DNA from: Toensbergia leucococca
Taxonomy: Eukaryota
Reading direction: 5' to 3'
Length of the DNA stretch: 61,049 bases
Assembly (NCBI GenBank): GCA_022813965.1
Contig: JALDZS010000147.1
Coordinates: 1-61,049 of the forward strand
The translations under genes and the position numbers were made by a program. Positions 25,854 to 40,542 of the stretch are shown in pieces; the first letter of the stretch is position 1, and each line of letters opens with the position of its first letter. The notes beneath the pieces are model-generated. The model saw nothing but the letters and a program-made list of their open reading frames with translations. It did not search any database and had not been told where the DNA came from.

Positions 25854-27566
25854 TTGAGTTTATTGTTTTGATTTGGGGGATGGGAATAAATTCAATTGTT
25901 TATATTGGATTTCAATGAATGATTGAATGAGATTCAATAGTTGTTTTAGTAGAAGACATGAGACCCAGGTCCCTGTTCTCTGTACGAGTAGAAGTCTGAG
26001 TGATCCAGACGCACGAATCACATGACTAGTCAGTTTTCTGGGTTACGAGCGACGTGTCACACCGAAAAAAAAGAATCATACATCACCATCGATCCTTCCG
26101 AATCCTACCTCACCTTGTTTTGTTGGCGCATGGGTACCTATCGTACCTTGCATAAGCTTGCAGGAAGGAGATCGAGTTACCAATTACAGTTGTGTACTAC
26201 GCCTCCCGTCATCAGCCATGGGCATCAGGACCATGCCAACACATCCAGTCCCCCCCCGGTCCCCCAACCGGATCCGAGTGCTATGTCATAATGCTACTGT
26301 CCATTTTCTCTTTTGGGTGAAAGCGAAGGGGGGGCGTTTGACGAATCTGAGGTCTTTGTTTTTGGCGGCCAGGGGGGTTGGGGGATAATGGTGGTTGGGT
26401 GTCGATTCTGAGCATTGTTTTTTTTTCCAACTGGGGGCGAACGGGCTTCCCTTTTTGGGGGGGGGGGGGGCAGGGGGTTCTTGGAATATGAACCCTGGGT
26501 ACATCCCCTCGGCGAGGGCATACTCTCGGGTCTCTTTGAGGGGCAAAAGTCCGTTGTTTATGCCCAATCAATTGTTGGGGGGTTGAGAAGGTAGACCGAA
26601 GGCGTTCTAGCCTGGGGCTTCGTCTTGAAAGGAAAAGAATAACGTTTTTTATCGCGATCGATATGGGAGCTGGGAAGGCCCCCGGGGGGGGGGGAATGGG
26701 GGGAGGGGCATTTAAACCTTCTCACTCTTTTAATCACACTTTGCTCACACCAAGAGTAAGCCATTGCGGATTCAGATCCTGCCATCCTTCCTCCGAAAAG
26801 GAGGGGTTTTGGCTTTTTTCCCGAGTTGTGAGGAAAAGATTCGTTGGGGGATGAGGCTGTTTGGGGGGAATGGGAGGTTTTGGTTGGTTTTTTTTTTCTT
26901 TTTTTTTTGGGATGAGAGGGTTTTTGAGTGTGAGGGGGCTTGTTTGGGGAGGGAGGACGGGGGTGCGTAGGGCGGAGGGGGAAAGTGGGGTGGGGCTGTT
27001 GGTGTGATTGCTTTGGGCTTAGGGGATAGGTGGGGAGGAGGTGGGACTAGGTCCATTTATTTTCCCTTTTTCTCCTTCCTCCTCACCGTGCAAGTCCTCT
27101 TTCTCTCTCTCTCCCTCTCCCTCTCTCCCTCACAAACAACAAACTCAAAAATTCACATTCAGACTAAACACATCCTCCTCTTTCCCCCCTTCTTCTCACC
27201 CTCACTCACAGGGAAAAAAATAAAGAGAGAATGAAGATCTCAAGTCAAAAATAAATTACATCTCTACTCTACCCTCCTCAAAAATAAAAAAATAAAATAA
27301 AATTTAAAAAAAGAGTAGGTTCTATCCATTTCACCCCTGAAATGCCCGTGCGTTGATCTCATCCCCAATCTCAAATAAAACCACCAAGAACAAAAGAAAC
27401 AAAAGAAACAAAAAAAAAAAAAAACAGAACCATCAGCCCCTGACCCAAAGCCCAGAAAGAAAAAACCCATACATTTCCAATACCAAAAAGCCCCGAATCT
27501 CCTCATTCTCAAAATCGTATCAAGCTACACCCTCTTTCTCTCTCTCACATTCAATGACTCTCTGCT

Positions 27567-27601
27567 TCAACTCTGATATACGTGTCAACTCTGATATACG
27601 T
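27567..27601. repeat. Tandem duplication of TCAACTCTGATATACGT (18-nt period); (CT)n tract nearby at ~27715-27752
   Basis: Direct reading. Confidence 0.85.
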
Positions 27602-28070
27602 ACCTCGACTCAAATTCTTTAACCTCCCCCATCCCCCACTCCCATCTCCTCACTTCAAGCAGCACCCACCCCCTCCCTAAACTCAACCCTTCACTCCTAA
27701 TCCCTTCAAAAGAATCTCTCTCTCTCTCTCTCTCTTTCTCTCTTTCTCTCTCTGTGGTCGATGGAGGAAGGTTTCATGAGACTGATTGATACGGGATAGG
27801 GTATTCAGAAGACCGGGGGTGTCCGTGGGTCGGTGGTTATTGGTTGATGTGGTAGGTAAGAGTATATTCTGCTGTTGTGAGCTGGATGGCATCTATTTAA
27901 AGGCATCTATGTAAATATTGTGGGGTAAAATGGCTTTCCGAGGCTAGAGTTCCAACTCGAGAGATCCCCAAAACTCCAAACACCTGCTCTCGTTCCTAAA
28001 CCTCATCTCTCATGTTCATCGTGGCAGATTCACACGCTCCCACTCTCACCTTCATCACATCCCGAGCCTT

Positions 28071-29420
28071 TCAAAACCCCTCTACTATAGTCCCAAACCC
28101 CCTCTCCCCAGCCAAAAGCACCAAATCCTCCCCAACACAAACGTCCATGAGCCCCAACCCCACACTCTTAAAAACCACATTTCCGGCCTCGAGCCACCGC
28201 TTCAACCCCAACTCCCCCTTCCCGCCCATCTCAATCTCTTTCATCGCCGCCTTTCGGACCATGACCAGCTCCCCGACTTCGACGAGCTGCTCCGCTCCTA
28301 GGCCCGCTTGTATGCACTCTCCTGCTTCCTTGAGACAGGCTTCGAGACTGTCGACGATGATCACGCCGCCTTTTTCGGCGTGTCGGTGGTGGTGGTGCTT
28401 GTGGTCTGGGGCGACGGCTTGGCGGATGATGTCGGGGTGGATCTCGATCATGTGCGGTCTGTAGCTGCCAATGGCGCTGATGTAGCGTCCCTTTTTGCGG
28501 CCTTCGGTGCTGGTGAGGTATTCTGCCGGGAATAATGGGGAGAGGCTAGGGGTGCAGAGGAAGATGATGTCGGCTTTCCGGACGTGTTCTTTTACCATGC
28601 GGGTGTATTCGCCGTAATCGGAGGATAGGACGCTAATTTTCAATTTCGGGTTTGCGGCTCGCAGGGCGGCCCATTCTGGTGAGGTGTAGATCTCTTGCAT
28701 CAGGTGTTGGGCGCGGGAGAAGGAGCGGTTAATGATATTTATGTGGTGGATTTCCGAGGCACGCAGGATGAGGGCAAGGCGGATGTGCCATTCTGCTTGT
28801 TTGCCGGCGCCGAAGACGGTCATGTCGTGTAGGTGGGTGCGTTTGGAGAGAAGAATAGACGAGGCCAGGGCGGTACGGAAGGCGGTGAGTTCGGAAGCGG
28901 CGAGAAAACCTGTTGGGATTCCGGTGGGTGAGAGGAGGGTCAGGGAGCCTGTGGGATTGGTGGATTGAGAGCTGGTGATTGAGGGTTCGGTGAATTGGCC
29001 GCCGTATATTGAGGGTTTCGTGGATTGAGAGCTGAGGGTCGAGGGAGCAGTGGACTGTTGACTGGAGACTGAGCTAATAGTGGAATGGGTACTGGAAACT
29101 GATGGGCTATGATTCAGACTCTTGCTACTTGTGGAGGCGGCGGAGGAAGAGGAGGAGGGGGGGGCTGTGAGAGATACGATCTTGATTCCGGTACTGGTGC
29201 TGGTTGCAGCGGGCATGAAAAGGGTGACTTTGTCATTTTGGCCGGAGACTGAGATCCGCTGAGGTTGATTGGTGCTGGCACATCCCGATGTTTCTTGGGT
29301 ACCGGTTGAGTATTCATGTAGGGCTTCGGAGAGGTTGTTCTGTAGGGTTGATATGTCATCATGGTTCAACGACAGGAGAAGAGAACGGACGTCCGAATCA
29401 GTGAGGATTGTAAGATGCAT
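28071..29420 (-). CDS. Ornithine cyclodeaminase/mu-crystallin family protein (PrnX/YGL159W-like), 449 aa
   Basis: Motifs TLFMPA..GIKIV, ELTAFRTALAS, VFGAGKQAEWH (Rossmann), ISAIGSYRPHMIE and VFKSVGLGLMD. Likely start MHLTILTD at 29420; Ser-rich insert. Confidence 0.9.
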   Translation of the reverse strand: MHLTILTDSDVRSLLLSLNHDDISTLQNNLSEALHEYSTGTQETSGCASTNQPQRISVSGQNDKVTLFMPAATSTSTGIKIVSLTAPPSSSSSAASTSSKSLNHSPSVSSTHSTISSVSSQQSTAPSTLSSQSTKPSIYGGQFTEPSITSSQSTNPTGSLTLLSPTGIPTGFLAASELTAFRTALASSILLSKRTHLHDMTVFGAGKQAEWHIRLALILRASEIHHINIINRSFSRAQHLMQEIYTSPEWAALRAANPKLKISVLSSDYGEYTRMVKEHVRKADIIFLCTPSLSPLFPAEYLTSTEGRKKGRYISAIGSYRPHMIEIHPDIIRQAVAPDHKHHHHRHAEKGGVIIVDSLEACLKEAGECIQAGLGAEQLVEVGELVMVRKAAMKEIEMGGKGELGLKRWLEAGNVVFKSVGLGLMDVCVGEDLVLLAGERGFGTIVEGF

Positions 29421-29826
29421 GTTAACGATTGCCCAGTACCAAGGGGGTTCTGAGACATCTACTGCTCCGTACAGATAATGTACGATGTAGCATACGTCCC
29501 CTCGTATCCGTACGGAGTACTTTAGATCCCATATCATGCTTGGCGCTAGCGAAAGATTAGATTACCTTACCCAGATTTTCCCGATTAGCTAATGGCACTA
29601 GGTACCCTGCACGCCCCGCAATCCGTATCTCATCACGCACAGACCACCACGCCATCACCAAAACGCGAACTACCTCATGTTTCGCGAATACATTGATCCA
29701 TCCATCCTTCACCTCCGCCGCCTTACAAGGCTAAGCGATGGCCATGGAAAAGCGTGAATCAGTGTGTTGTGATCGAGATGGATTATTTGATATCCACCAA
29801 GACATTTTTTGTCAACAACAGCCACC

Positions 29827-31222
29827 ATGGCAAAGCGCAAAGCCAATCCAGCGCCAGCAATGCCTTCCTCGACCAAGAAGCGCCGTGGGGCCAGAAGACC
29901 ACTTGATCTCAGAAGACAGGATGCTACCACAGTTGCTGCGTAAGTACAACCATCCCGACACTGTATCCTAGTGGCTGACGCCTGCCAGTATCGAGCTCAA
30001 CCGGAGAAAGTCTAGCCTCATGAAGCTGAGCCCCGAACTGCGACACAAAATCTTTGGGTACCTCTATGCATATACTTTCTTACGCTGTATTACTTCCTGT
30101 TGACCTGACCATCTAGTCTCGTCCTCGGAAACCAACTCATTCATATCAACCATGACACTGAGACCAAAGCTCTGAGTCACAATATCTGTCTATCATCAGA
30201 CTCAGAGTTCGCAGAGTATGAGAGATCAAAGACAGACACCTCAGTAGAGCCGACGGATACAGAGTACCGCAGTTCATCCCACCGTCATCGGGCTTGTCAC
30301 TCAGAGGAAACTCCTGTCACGGGAAGAAAAATGAGCCTGGCACTACTACGGGTCTGTAGGCAGACTTATGAAGAAGTATGTCCTCCAGTCAACATGACAA
30401 ACCTATTGACTGATAGTCGATCTTCAGGGAACACACATACTTTTGACAACCAATACCTTCTCCTTCAACCACCCCAGCAAATTCAACGCGTTTATGGCAA
30501 ATCTCAACTCCGCTCAGAAGCACTCTCTAAAGCATCTCCACCTTGATCTGGCCTGGGATTTTAGCTATTATCCACGGCCCCAAAACTTGCGTGTATATCA
30601 ATATCGAGAAGTGACTCAACTTTTTGAGCTTGCTAACGCCAGTATGCTGGATGGAGTGAAGACACTTCACCTCGAGCTTCAATGCGAGTGCGTTGTTTAT
30701 GAGAAGTGCGAATTTTGGGAGTCTGCTTGGACACAAGATTCCTTGCCCATCAACGCAAACTACATGTGGGCAGGAGGAGTAAGATGGCTGCAAGCACTAT
30801 CTCTCAAGAATGTTACCGTCGTGGTCAACGATGTAGAGGTAGAGGCAGAGGATTATCTTGACATAGATATCCCTATCTCTAGATGGCCAGTCACCGACAG
30901 GAGAGCATTTGCGGAAGATCTTAAACGCATGCTACTCAACCCTCGTGGCACAGAGGTTCTTGAAATCGAGAACAAGATCGACGAATATCAAAAAGAGATA
31001 AAGAAGACATTCTACGACGTAAGATACCTGAAACTCCGGAATGATGCAGGCGCAGGAGCACGCAGCAGGAGGAACGTTGATACCGCAGCAGATTTGGCTG
31101 CAGGACGAGGAAGACTCAGGGCTCTCAAGGCAGCCGAAGCCGATGCCCAAGCGCGCCTTAGTCCTTTGCGGGTCGAGCTAGACTTCTTTACTTATGAGTT
31201 CATTGGAGGAAGGACTGTTTAA
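29827..31222 (+). CDS. Fungal hypothetical protein with F-box-like N-terminal motif (DUF7730-like; 4 exons)
   Basis: GCCACCATGG start. Spliced peptide SSLMKLSPELRHKIFGLVLGNQLIHI..LALLRVCRQTYEE..LLTTNTFSF, with three GT-AG introns joining in frame. Confidence 0.75.
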
Positions 31223-32589
31223 TAGAGTGTAGGTCGAGTCTCGAGACATGAACGCAGCGGATTGGCCAGGTCTATCAGATTTCGGACCTCGGTCGTGGTA
31301 CAACCAATATCTTGAGCGGAGTCTTGTCGATTTTATTTTAGCAGAGCGGCGATACCCCACAGAGTTTTCGTGTACCGGTCCAAAAAGTCATTTTCAGTTT
31401 TCCGCACGAGGATGTGTGTTTCAGTCCTTTTCATCTCAAGTGTTCCCTTCAGACACATTGTATGATAGGGGATAGATAGTTCATTCAAAAGCTTCACTCC
31501 TGGCTCTGCATCTCGGCTTTTCAGTAACCAAAACGAGATCTGTATTGACAATCCACCCCTTTCTGCTACGCACCTACCTTTTCGAATCTACAAACTACAC
31601 TTCACCCCCAGAGAAAGTCCCACGCCCCACTCTACCCCACAGCACCATCACACCCATCTCCCAAACACCCATCCCCCACCTCGCCAACTCCAGCTTTCAG
31701 ACTCCCCCATACCTCCAGCCATTCCACCAATCCTCCTCACCCAAAAGACCCTCCCTCCATTAAAGACCCAAAGCAAAAGAACGAATAACAAAGATTGAAC
31801 CAACCAACCCCAACTCCCACCCCTCCTCTCGCCCAAAAAAAAAACATCCTCACTCCCTCACTCCTGTCCCTAAACCAAAGCTAGATAGACAACAACTCAC
31901 GATCAGAAAGATTGAGTGATCAACTAACTTTCGAAGGGGGAGAGGGGGCGAAGAAACAGAGAAAAAAAAAAACACTGGTACGTGATTGAAATGATCATGA
32001 AATGGAAGAAAAGGGAATGGAAGAGAAGGGATGAGAAGAAAAAAAAAAGGGGGGGGGGTCATCAAGTTGCCCCAAAAAAAACAAGGGACGTCACCAAACA
32101 TTTATGCCCAGAACAACAACAACCGTAGATATAACAAAATCAAAAACACAATCTAACATAAAAACCCCGAAAACAAAACTCCATTTACCACCCCCTCTCA
32201 AGTGTTCAAATTCCCATCCCATGTTGTAAAAGCCCCAGTGAGTGATATCTTTATATACTAATCAATCAATACATTCAATTGAATATCTCTTGATTGATAG
32301 CGGGTAGACATTGTATCAGTCAGTGTGCCTAACATATAGTCATCTACATTGGCATACCTACCCATCCAAAAAACATCAAGTATACCAACCCCCCCCAAAA
32401 AAAAGGAACAAAAGGAGAGGGAGGGGTATCATCGCCCGGTCCAAAGAAACGCCCAGAAAACAAGAAACAACAAAGGAATGAGCATGATGCACGCCAACCA
32501 CCCAGTCCTCCCTTCGCTAATGATAAAAAACAGAAACCCGAAAATCGCAAGATTGTTCTTCAAGGCAGGTCAGAAACACCAAAAGTCAC

Positions 32590-34696
32590 CTACTTCTTTC
32601 CCTTTCCCCCCTTCTTCTTCCCCCCAGCAGCAACAGTAGGAGGATCCGGCAAACTCACCGTCCCCTCCCGAATCTCCTCCCCCACCTCCCTCAACCTCTC
32701 CCCCCCACTAATAAAAAACGTCAAATCTCTCTTCTCCTCCTCTAACTCCCTCTTCTCCCCTCTCAACCCCTCAATCTCTCCCCTCATCCCCTCAACCCGC
32801 TCCATCAACCCCCCACTTACTGCCTTCTCTTCCCTCCACTCCTTCTCCAGCTTCCGCGCCATCGCCTCAAATTTATCTGCTCGGCGCTGTGCACGGTCTC
32901 GGTCACGTTCTAGGGAAGGGACAACATCCTTTGCGAGGTTGTCGTAAGCTGTTTGAAGGGAGGCGAGATGGTCAGTAACGTTTGTGGCGGCTTCGGTGGC
33001 GAGGTCGGCAGCGTGGCTGGCTTGGGATGCTTTATCTGCAGCACGCTCGACGACTTCTTCAAAGTACATGCGTTGGCTGTCGAGTTGGCTGGTGAGGAGA
33101 TGGGTATATTCGAGGCCGATGTTATCAAGTTTGGAGCGCGGCACAAAATCATCGTAGGGGTCATCTGGGTCGTCAGTGATGGTGTCCCCTAGGGTAGATG
33201 GCAGCTCAACAAGTTTGCCGTCGGGTTTGTTCTGCACGATTCGATGGACGTAGCTATCGCTAGCGTAGTCCCAGACTCGTTGGGTTGTAAGATCCATGGC
33301 GAAACTGTGGGATGAGTGTTGGTAGTGGGAGAAGGCATGGGCTGCATCGTATCGGCCGCAGCCAACGTTGCCGCAGATCAGACACATCCATAGATTTGCG
33401 TCTGATCTGCATATGTGACATTCGTTGAGACCCAAGTGCTCGTCTGCACTATGAGGTCGTTTGCCTAGATCATCTTGGGTGTATCGGCAGACGGGACAGC
33501 CACTGCCTCGCCACTTCTGCAAACACGAACAATGAAAGACGTGTTGGCATAGGATGGTGAGTAATCCGGTCGACTCATCCATTCGCTCTAAACAGACAGG
33601 GCATGTTGGTAGTTCAACCAAGGCAGGTGTTGGCGGTGCCAAGGGCTTCGTACTCAAGGATGTCGACGACACAGCCTGATTGTGTACCGTTGGGCTTGCA
33701 TCTAATGTAGCTGCTGAAGGAGTAAATGGGTCATTCGTCATATCTGGGAAAGACGATTCTTGCCCAGCTGTGGCTGAGCTTCGAAACTTGATAGACTTTA
33801 CAAAGACAACATGACAATTTTCAGGCTAAGAAACATATCATCGTCAGTATCTGCCTGTGAAAGCTGTCCAGAAATTTGACAGAACCTACCTCTATACTAT
33901 CGAAAGTTCTTCCATTCCACTCTTTCCGCCATTCTCTAGCCTTTTTTCCATTTCTGAACTTCATGAGTACCATGTACCTATTGCCTTTTTCCGTTTTGAT
34001 CATTCGGAAGTGGCTGACCTCATCTCTTGTTTTTTCTCCTACAAAGCCTAGGAAGTCAGAGGGTGTGAGGTAAGAAGGTACTGCCAGTATACACAGTGTG
34101 GTACATTCATCGTCCCGAAATAGAGGGCGTTTATCGCTGCCGTCTCGCTTTGATGAATTTCTGCTGTTTTTCGAGCTCCTGGTCGGCGTAACATCTTCGT
34201 ACAGTCCAGGTGTCTCCTCAGCATCCCTGTAGAGCCGTACAATTCCCCATCCCAGATTCTCCTCTGCCTCATCAAGAGGCTCAAACCTCCCTTTGGTAGC
34301 GAGACCACCGGGACCAACACCAATACTGCCGCCAACGTGACCAAGGACTTCAACTTTGCTGCTTTGCTTGTCCGTCACTTGAGTGTGTGGTATATCCATG
34401 CTTTGGAGGGAAATATTATCGTAACGCCAATCATGGGCAAAGGCTTGGGAGGTTTCGGTCTTTCCAGAATCTTTGGTGAGACCAACGACGAGCTCAGATG
34501 TTGAAGGAGTTATGTCAATATCTATGCCAGTAGAATTACTGTTCTTTCCAATCGAGCGAGGATCAGTTTGGTGCTGTTTAACTGTCCCCAAGCGTACCCG
34601 GAAAATATCTACGGGCCAAAGCGGTTGAGAGGAGGCTGCGTCGTGATCTGCTAGGCAGTGAAGGTCAAAGGCCAAGTGAAAGAAAAAGGACGGCAT
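32590..34696 (-). CDS. ETP1: BRAP2/Etp1-type RING-H2 + ZnF-UBP ubiquitin ligase
   Basis: BRAP2 domain (LCILAVPSYLTPSDFLGF..NRYMVLMKF), RING (ELPTCPVCLERMD..CQHVFHCSC..CPVC), ZnF-UBP (CLICGNVGCGRY..QRVWDY) and a coiled coil. Intron 33889-33826. Confidence 0.93.
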
Positions 34697-35083
34697 TAGT
34701 GAGTCAGCACTACTGTCCTACAGTATATTGATCTGGACATTGCGGGTCTCATGGTCACAATGATGTGAGGATGGAAATCAACACACTATATTCATATATC
34801 ATGCTTTTGGCACTTAATTACCTTCAGCATATCTCCAGTCACAGAGTTACTATCACATGAGTAGCAGAAAGATTTCCATTTCAGAAAGTTTACAACTTGG
34901 AAGTTATAGGAACAAGCATCGAATGATTTGTTTCTCAGCACTATTTGCTAAGATTGGGTAGATAACTAAATCATGTGGAAAGTGACCCTCTCATACCCAT
35001 GAGTACGCCGTGGTGCCACCCAGCCAGTAGCCCGCTAAAGAACAACATGCCAAAATGCCATGACCTATGCCTAACGACCTAAT

Positions 35084-36367
<1,284 letters not shown>

Positions 36368-36545
36368 TGATCGAAAGATTGTCTTTGATGATGAGTATGT
36401 CCTGTACAAGTGTCCAGTGAGTGTACGGATAGGTCTGAGAGAGTACAAAGCGAGGTGATGTGGAGTGTGAGAGTGAGAACTTTGGTCAATGATCGGCTGT
36501 GGTGGAGTTTATGTACCCGGCTAGCGGCATGGTGTTGATGACTGA

Positions 36546-36552
36546 TGACTCA
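36546..36552. promoter_or_regulatory. TGACTCA (Gcn4/CpcA/AP-1-type site) ~190 bp upstream of the polyubiquitin ATG
   Basis: Exact consensus with an adjacent TGACTGA half-match. A TATA-like TACATAAA lies on the - strand at ~36508-36515. Confidence 0.45.
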
Positions 36553-37152
36553 GCCACAATTCATTTTCGCGGCTTCACCACACAAGTGGAAGGTGCGAGA
36601 AGAAACTCCCATTCTTTAGTCATTCGTTGAATTTGTGGCGATAATTATTCTAGCTATGACCTCTTCAACTTACTAGATGATGTGTTTTGAATGAAAGCTA
36701 CTATCCTCTGTCACTAATCCTTCTATTCATATATGCCTAGCTTGGTGTAGGTATCATAAATTGCTCTCCCCTCTAGAGTAGAACTTTTCAGGATATATTC
36801 GAACCCAATAGATTCAGGTTAGGTGCTACAACCTTGAGATAGATCTAGAGGAAAGTCCGAAATATCTCCTACCGTACATGACGGGTGTAGATCAAAGTAT
36901 GCTCCGGGTATGCTATCGTCAAGTCATGATCGTAAGCCATACAAGACACCGAACTTATGGTCGTAGTACTACATAGCTGCGAAACCCGGCTCGCCGAGCC
37001 GGACGCAAGAATGTAATCTTTCAAAAAGGGTTATAGCAGATTGACAAATGGTCTAGTAAAACCCGCTGTCGTAGAGTCATGCATCAGCCATCACCGGCGT
37101 ATTTCGCTGCAATCATTGCGTATCGTGGAGGATCGTGGAGAAAGGTTGGATA

Positions 37153-39629
37153 CTAGTTCGCTCGAATGACGAGCTTGGAAACGAATTTATTCGAAAGGGA
37201 ATCGAAGTTCTCGCGATCAAAGACAGCTCGTGAGCGAGTTCTAAGATAAGTCTCTACGGCGACATTAGTACCATTCTTGACTAAGCAGGCAAACATTACG
37301 GGCCACATACCATGTTGTGCAACGTGATCGCGAACTTCCTCCATCGCATAACATACGTTTTGATTTGAATTGAGAAGGTTATGGTGTTTATGGGAGTCCC
37401 ATTCGCCGAAGGAGGGAAGCTTTTGGGAAATTGCCGAAAAAAGTCCAACAATGACCCCAACAGGCGTAGTCTCCATGTCGTTGCAGAACTTGTTGACTGC
37501 AGTTGGATCCTGTGAAAAATCAGACATGCAGTACGAGTAAAGATCGAAGATCGAGACTTACAGGAACCCGGTAATGGCAATCGAATTGCATTTCTTCCCA
37601 GACGGCGAGTAGTATGCAAGCAACCATGAAAATGGTTGGCCAGTGCTTGAGTTTATCTTTGGTGTAGACACTTGAATAAAGTGAGGAAAGCTCCTCCAAG
37701 ATATCCTTTTGCAGTTCTCTCCACATGTCTGCCATGGCGCATTTAATCTGGAAGTTGATCATGACTGGCGCAACAGTTTTGCCACTGAACTTCGAATTGT
37801 CATCGTTAATCTTGCCCAGGAAACGTTCCTCGTCAGGTATCCCTTCCACCATAGTGACGTGTTGAGTAAGGTTGTAGGCCAGCACAAGCTTCAGAGCCTT
37901 CCGGATAACGGGAGTCTTCTCGCGGAGCCAGAATCGATACGCAGTCTTCAACATTTGAGAAATAAAAGGTGTACCCTCGAAGTACTCGTCAATAAAACCT
38001 TCGAAGCCTCCATCAATGTGTCGGTCAAGGTAATCTGATAATAATGCTATTGAGATGCCTTCCATGCCCGCCGATAGCCTCGCGGTGTCGACTGTATGTT
38101 CCTCAGGGGATTCCTTGACGTTCTCCACCCAGTCCAAGCCGAAGACACTTTCATCCCGAACGAACACTTCACGTGCACGTACTGGAAGCATGTGTCCGTA
38201 TCCATGGGTAATGAAAAGAGTTCTCTCGGTTTCCGCAAAACCTTTGATGTTGCCAATAGAGAATCCAAGGGTCACATGTCGCTCATAGTCTGCCTTCCAG
38301 CCTTTCATGAAAAACCCAATCTCCTTGATATCGATCCTAGTACAAGGCACTTGCCATAGGCGAGCATGAGATGGTTGACATCCACCGCAAGGCTCTCCCT
38401 TGTCACACTACATGATGTTAGATGTGACTCAGCAACTTCTTCCTGTGAGAGCCACTTACTACTTTCTTGAGAAACCTGCACCGTAGACATGCACCCATTT
38501 TCCTGATCTCGGACGCCTGCTTTCTCTGTTCAGGACGGAGAGGGCCTTTTCTTCGGCCCACACGCCTCTCGGACTCAGTTCTACTAATTGTTTGAGAGGA
38601 CCGTCGGATCATTGGCTTGCCTGTTTTGGTGTTATTGTTCTTCCGTGATTGCCTTCGTGACGGCGGAGAACTTCTTCCTGTCGATACGGGGGACGTTTGA
38701 GGTGACAGAGACTTTTTTATTGCAATGGGTTTCACCAGGGCTGAAGTCACCGTAGTGTCGATTGGACCGGGTCTTTGTCTCTCGTCTTTATGATGATGGC
38801 TGTGATCGTGGTAGAAGTCTACTTCTCCGATACTTTCTGTTCCGGGTGAGTTGATAGCATTGGGAACCTCTACGTAGCTGCTCCAGTCTGAATGTCGAGA
38901 CTGTTGCTCCAAATCCGAGTAAGAAGAATCTGAGAACGTTCGATTGTGAAGCGTGGTACCCGGGTTGAATATAGCACCAACTTGGAGATCTCGAAAAGAT
39001 GAATCCATGGCTTGACGGGTATAATCAATAGAAGTCCAACCGTTATCACTACTTGAACTTGTAAGGGAGCGAACTTCACAGTAGGCATCCTGCGGGGAGT
39101 TTGGTGCTAGGTTCTGGTGCGGCACGTTCATATCAGGTAGCCCATGCTGCGTTGTTGTGTATCCCATGAGATCATTCAAAGAGTCTGGCCAATTACAGTG
39201 CATGGCTTCTAGGTTATTAGAGATAGGGAGGTAGGATGTGTCTATGAGACTAGTGTCGATATGAGTTTGAGAAGACAAAAAGTCCGTGGGTGATGTCTGG
39301 AAGGGTACAGCAGGGTAATCCTCAGAGAAATGTGATGGAAATCGAGCCGTGTCCAGAGAGTAGTCCAGGTCTGCCGCCGAGGCTTGAGAGATAGGCCAGT
39401 CTGGTATCAAGGACTGGGCTTGATGGTTGACCGTTCGTTGAAAACCATGGCCACCGCGTTGCAGAGGCGTTGTTGACCGCTTCATGTTGGCGATCGGGGG
39501 GGAATTGTGCGAAGTATTCTGGGCAACCGGCATTGGCCAGGAGAGCCGCGAGGAGTAGGGAAAACGCGCACCTCGAGGGTCGAAGTCGAAGGCAGCGAGG
39601 CCATCGTCGGACAAGTCAACGTTGACCAT
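37153..39629 (-). CDS. Zn(II)2Cys6 transcription factor with internal zinc cluster (3 exons)
   Basis: Spliced motif CLRCRFLKKVCDKGEPCGGCQPSHARLWQVPC (CX2CX6CX5CX2CX11C) after a basic RRKGPLRPEQRK region. Introns 38459-38408 and 37561-37510. Confidence 0.9.
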
Positions 39630-40542
39630 TTTTGGCTTGCGACAAAGTCAATGCTATTGTATCAATGAGAAAAAAGGTCCTCAGTGGCTTAGGAATAGTA
39701 GTCAGCACAGCGGTGAGTAAGTGGTGGTAGGGCCGAGGACTGGCGGTGAGTAAGTAATTTGCGACTAAGGAAGATAGCCAATCAATAGAGCCCTACCCCT
39801 CAATCCTCTGCGCTTATGCACTTTTGATGCATCTCTTCCTCATCCCCCCAATGAGGATCGTTGGTGGCTTGAATGATGATAATGACACCCCACTCGGCTT
39901 GGTAGGTACTGAGGCGCTGATCTCATTCTTGATTTGACATGGAGGTGGAGGCTCGAAACCTCGACTGACAGGTGGAATAGTTTTATGTAGAATAGTGCTG
40001 CTACTCAACTAGCCATGGCCTGAACTACTCTCTTCGGAGATGAAATCATGAAGAGAGTCCTTTTCGTCGGTACTCGTAGAAGGATTGATGAGAGAAAGTA
40101 ACTCGGCACATTTCCAATCTCGGCTCGTCATGCATGAAGCCGGCGAAGCAACGTTAATACGAAGCCCGATAAGAGCACCAAGCAAGTAGCAGCAGAACCC
40201 AGGTATTCTAGTAGACGTGAACTCGAGCGCCTTGGAACAATACATGGTCCGAGTAAAGGGATGACTACTGCTGGGAACAGTCCTCGGACTGGCCGAGGGC
40301 GCCTCAGCAGGCACTTCATTTGTCTTCATGTTACTTCTACTGAGACTTGAGGGTGGATTATGAATCCCCTGAGAAGTCTCCAGCAAGCGCCACGATTGGT
40401 ACTTATGACTTGAAATTCCAAAAAATGGCACGGCGCGGCTCACCAATTTGTCAAGCGATGTTTTCATCATCAGTTCATGGTGGTGACACGAATCAGGACA
40501 AAGAGGAGATGATGGAATTCGAAGAACAATAGCAAGCCCCAC

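Noticed and set aside
37153..39629. Naming the C6 factor as SclB, a known VosA target
   Set aside because: The Cys spacing here ends CX11C, which does not match what I recall for SclB; orthology needs a search.
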